The translations under genes were made by a program, and so were the position numbers. Positions 60,750 to 64,000 of a stretch of 64,000 bases of DNA are shown here, piece by piece. Positions within the stretch are counted from its first letter, which is position 1. Each line of letters opens with the position of its first letter. Below the pieces are notes generated by a model. The model did no database searches, was not told where the DNA came from, and worked only from the letters and a program-made list of their open reading frames with translations. The stretch spans positions 62,001-126,000 of the forward strand of contig MQRK01227159.1 of NCBI GenBank assembly GCA_001938485.1, read 5' to 3'. This stretch comes from Girardia tigrina (lineage: Eukaryota).

Positions 60750-62850
60750 AAAATGTCAACGATTTTCTTGGTCGTAATGGTCCTCAGTAGGAAAGTTTTA
60801 GGCCAGCGCATGTTTTGATCGATGATTGTGAGGGGATATGAATATTCACAACAGGTCCAATGATGCAATTTAAAGACGTGATAGACAGTCGGCTACGACA
60901 TTGTCAGCTCCGGAGATGAATTTAATCTCGATGTTAAATTGAAAAAGATAACTGATTTGTCTTTGTTGACGAAGAGACGAATTTTTCATTTGGAATATTT
61001 GAAGCAAGGATTAATGGTTTTGGTATATTGTTGATGATCGGCCAATCAACAAATGCTCAAAATGTATGTCTGAAAGTAATAAACCGAGGAGTTTGCTCTC
61101 GAAGGTGGAATACTTTGTTTAGGTGACTGAGATCTGGTGTGAATAAGTTTCCAAGTGTTCAGGTTTATAACCCGCACTTGCATCAGAACTGCCGCAATTG
61201 CGATGTTGGAGGCATCTTTTGTCAAAGGGATTGCTAAAGAGCCGTCTGGAAATTGAAGAGTGGTGGTCTGCTTGATGTCCAGTTTTATCTGATGGAAAGC
61301 TCTTACTGCTTCTTCGAACCAAGATAATTGCTGTTTCTTCGGTCCAACAAAGATGGACGTGAGGAGAGCTTGTGTCACTGTGATGTTCGGGATGAATCTA
61401 CGACAGCGATTAACCATTCCAGAATACTGTGCAAGACGGCGACCGCTTCTGATCAGGGAAACGCTGTGATGATCTTAAATTGTTCGGACAATGATCTGAT
61501 GCTATTATATGATATGATGTGGCCTTGAAATTCTACTCTTGGGAAAAAACATACATTTGGCTAGTTTTAGTTTTAGATGACTATCATTGAGTCACGATTA
61601 AGTTTATCAAAGATGTCATTGGGGAGATGGCTTGTCCGGGGATGCATTGACAATATCATCAGAATAAGCTGACGCTTTCGGCAATCCATTAAGAATGATG
61701 CCGATATGCTTCTGAAAAGTATATAAAGCGCTTCGAAGGCCGAATGGCATCTGAAGATATTTGAAAAAGCCAAATCATGGGATAATGGCTTTTTTGGTAT
61801 TGGTATTATTTATTATATTATTATATTATTATTATATTATTTGGTATCAACTGGGATCTGGTGATGCGCTTCGGTTTAGTCCAATGATGAGAATATTTTA
61901 CAGCCAGCAAAACGCTGCAAAATATCGGTGATGAGAGGCATAGGGTATGAATCAATAGTCGTCACCCTTATTCCTCCTCTTTAATCACTACATATGAGTC
62001 AGGATCCGTTATTCTTGGTCACGATATACAAGGAACCGGCCCAATGAGAACTGGAAAGGCGTATCACGCCAGATTCTTAGATTACTTGAATTTATTGACA
62101 CACTCTCCTTTCTTGACACAATTCGCAGTGGGTTTGCGAATTGGAGCACACTGTATTTTGACGATAACGTGACTGGAGATTCACTCGTCGGAACCATTAA
62201 AGGGTTTAGTCTCGTTGAAAATGTTTTGTGGGAATTGATTTGGGTGTATTGGGCAGGATTAGAAACGAGGAGCAGTCGATGCAGTGTGCCGTGTCTGCAA
62301 GTCGTGTGGCGAGATGAGTTTCTTATTGTGACAGTCCACTAACAAATTGAAATGATTCAAGAAATATGTGCCTAGTATCGGTTTTGTGACGTCAGCGATG
62401 ATGAAATTCCACTGAAATAGTTGCTCCATACCATCGAGTTTGAACGCTAGTCGGGTTAATCCATATGTTCTGATGATAATTTCATTGGCAGATGAGAAAC
62501 GGTGAACGGAACGAAGTGTTTGCGGTTGTAACTTTCGAGGTAGGTCCAATATTGAGGACCCAGTTTTGACTATCAGGTAGATTTTAAAATATGGGATGAC
62601 AGATTGATGAACAATCTAAATATGGAGTTATGTGGTATAGATCCCGTTATAAGTAAAAATCAAGATACCGAAGAAAAACGACTACGAAATGCGAAATGTA
62701 ATGTTACGATCCGACCTTTTTGAGAATTAAAAGAGAAAAGGAGAATAGTCTAACTCGACTATTCCCCAGTATGTTTAGATAGGCCCTATCTAGCACAATT
62801 AACCACACAGACCGAAAGGATCCAGAGATATCATGTCAGACGGAGCTAGA
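60750..62850 (-). mobile_element. Degenerate Gypsy/Ty3 pol (protease, RT, RNase H)
   Basis: FQWNFIIADVTKPILGTYFLNHFNLLVDC, DSYPMPLITDI, MPFGLRS, MVNRCRRFIPN, DASNIAIAAVL motifs. Confidence 0.85.
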
Positions 62851-62854
62851 TTCT

Positions 62855-63720
62855 GCACCTATTAGGTTCGTGATTAAAATTGGAATTCATTATTTGTAAA
62901 CTTTATTTATACTACAATTTTCATTATTGAAACAAATTTATGAGGAACTATTTCGATTAAATAATCCAGATCTAAAAAATTTTAAATATACATAATAATA
63001 TCGATAAATATATCAATATGTTATTTTATTCAATTTTGCATAAATTTAGATCTTTAAAAATATATTAAAAATTCAATTTAAACATAGTGACTATTAATAA
63101 TTTAAACTATAAATTATTTCTCTCTAATAAAACATTTTATTTGTTTTTAACAAAAATTTGCAAAACAATTTACAACTTTAAGATACAATTCACAAATTTG
63201 AAATACAGAAAATATTATTTTTATTTTTGAAATACAAATCATGAATTTTTAAAATACACAAATATTAATCAATATTTAAATTTATTATTATTTAATAAAG
63301 ATTTTAATTATAAAATTTTTAATATATTTATATATCTATATTTTATCAATTATTTATGGAANNNNNNNNNNNNNNNNNNNNNNNNNNNNNNNNNNNNNNN
63401 NNNNNNNNNNNTAAAATTAATTAAGATATTTTTTTACTTATAACTGTTTAAAAACTTTTGGTTTTAAATATTTATTTTAGAGATTATTTATAACAATTAA
63501 TTATTTTCAAATTTTAAAAGAATGCGTCTGGTCTTTTTTTTAGAATTTAAAAAGATTTTTATTTTAGAGAATTATTTCATTTTAATTAATCGAATATTAT
63601 TTTTGATTTATTTAAAATATAAATATGATTTTTTAAAAATATCGAAAATTTAAAAATATCAAAAATTTAAAGGTCACCAAAAAGAACCCCGACAGCACCA
63701 TTGTTCTATTACCCTAACGA
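62855..63720. repeat. Third copy of the AT-rich TIR family (see 31793-32836)
   Basis: Shares AAATTTATGAGGAAC...AATCCAGATCT...TGTTATTTTATTCAATTTTGCATAAAT and the AAAATATCAAAAATTTAAAG end block. Confidence 0.75.
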
Positions 63721-64000
63721 GCCTTTATAGAACCCTTAAAAGAAAGAAAAATTTAATTAAAGAATCCTAATTAATTAAATAAATTAACGAGATGATTCAA
63801 CCTGAATCATACAACTGTCGAGTTTCTGATTGAATCCGCAGACGTCCCGAGAATGTAAACCTGAATCAGCGATAATTAAAACCAGAATACCTCCACACAG
63901 CGCTTACACGAATAATATGCGTCGTTTGGATACCAGCACAACCGCGAGATCAGTAAAGCTTAACAAATCTTTGAACATCCTATGTGGTCCACACGAAAGA

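Noticed and set aside
63720-64000. Slightly GC-richer sequence at the window end, possibly an LTR
   Set aside because: Truncated by the window edge, with no diagnostic feature visible.
1-64000. tRNA, rRNA, snRNA or spliced-leader genes
   Set aside because: None recognised by eye; tRNAscan-SE or Infernal would be needed to exclude them formally.

Overview
Very AT-rich eukaryotic (animal) genomic DNA, most likely from a freshwater planarian: the mariner at 50461-51772 matches my recollection of Dtmar1 of Girardia tigrina. One host gene runs across the window on the + strand. It is the 3' part of a RasGRF-type Ras guanine-nucleotide exchange factor, which I reconstruct as 17 phase-consistent GT-AG exons from 4144 to the stop at 58399 (about 1,020 codons; the 5' end lies upstream of the window). 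It comprises a very long Ser/Pro/Thr-rich region, the C-terminal half of the split REM domain and a complete CDC25 domain. Introns are either tiny (44-77 nt) or multi-kb and packed with mostly dead, often nested transposons: many mariner families, Tc1-like, maT/DD37D, pogo, hAT, MULE, piggyBac, a probable Zator, Gypsy LTR remnants, an RTE-like LINE, Penelope-like remnants ending in degenerate hammerhead-ribozyme motifs, a zinc-finger NeSL/R2-type fragment and several hairpin MITEs. No rRNA, tRNA or CRISPR array was seen. N-runs coincide with mariner ORFs and microsatellite/AT-rich tracts and look like length-preserving masking. I did not find a convincing wholly new biological system. The best leads are the expanded RasGRF insert, the Penelope hammerhead motifs, the intronic inverted repeat pair around an exon cluster, the NeSL/R5-type fragment and an unexplained GC-rich structured island. 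All family assignments come from motif recognition by eye, not from database searches.
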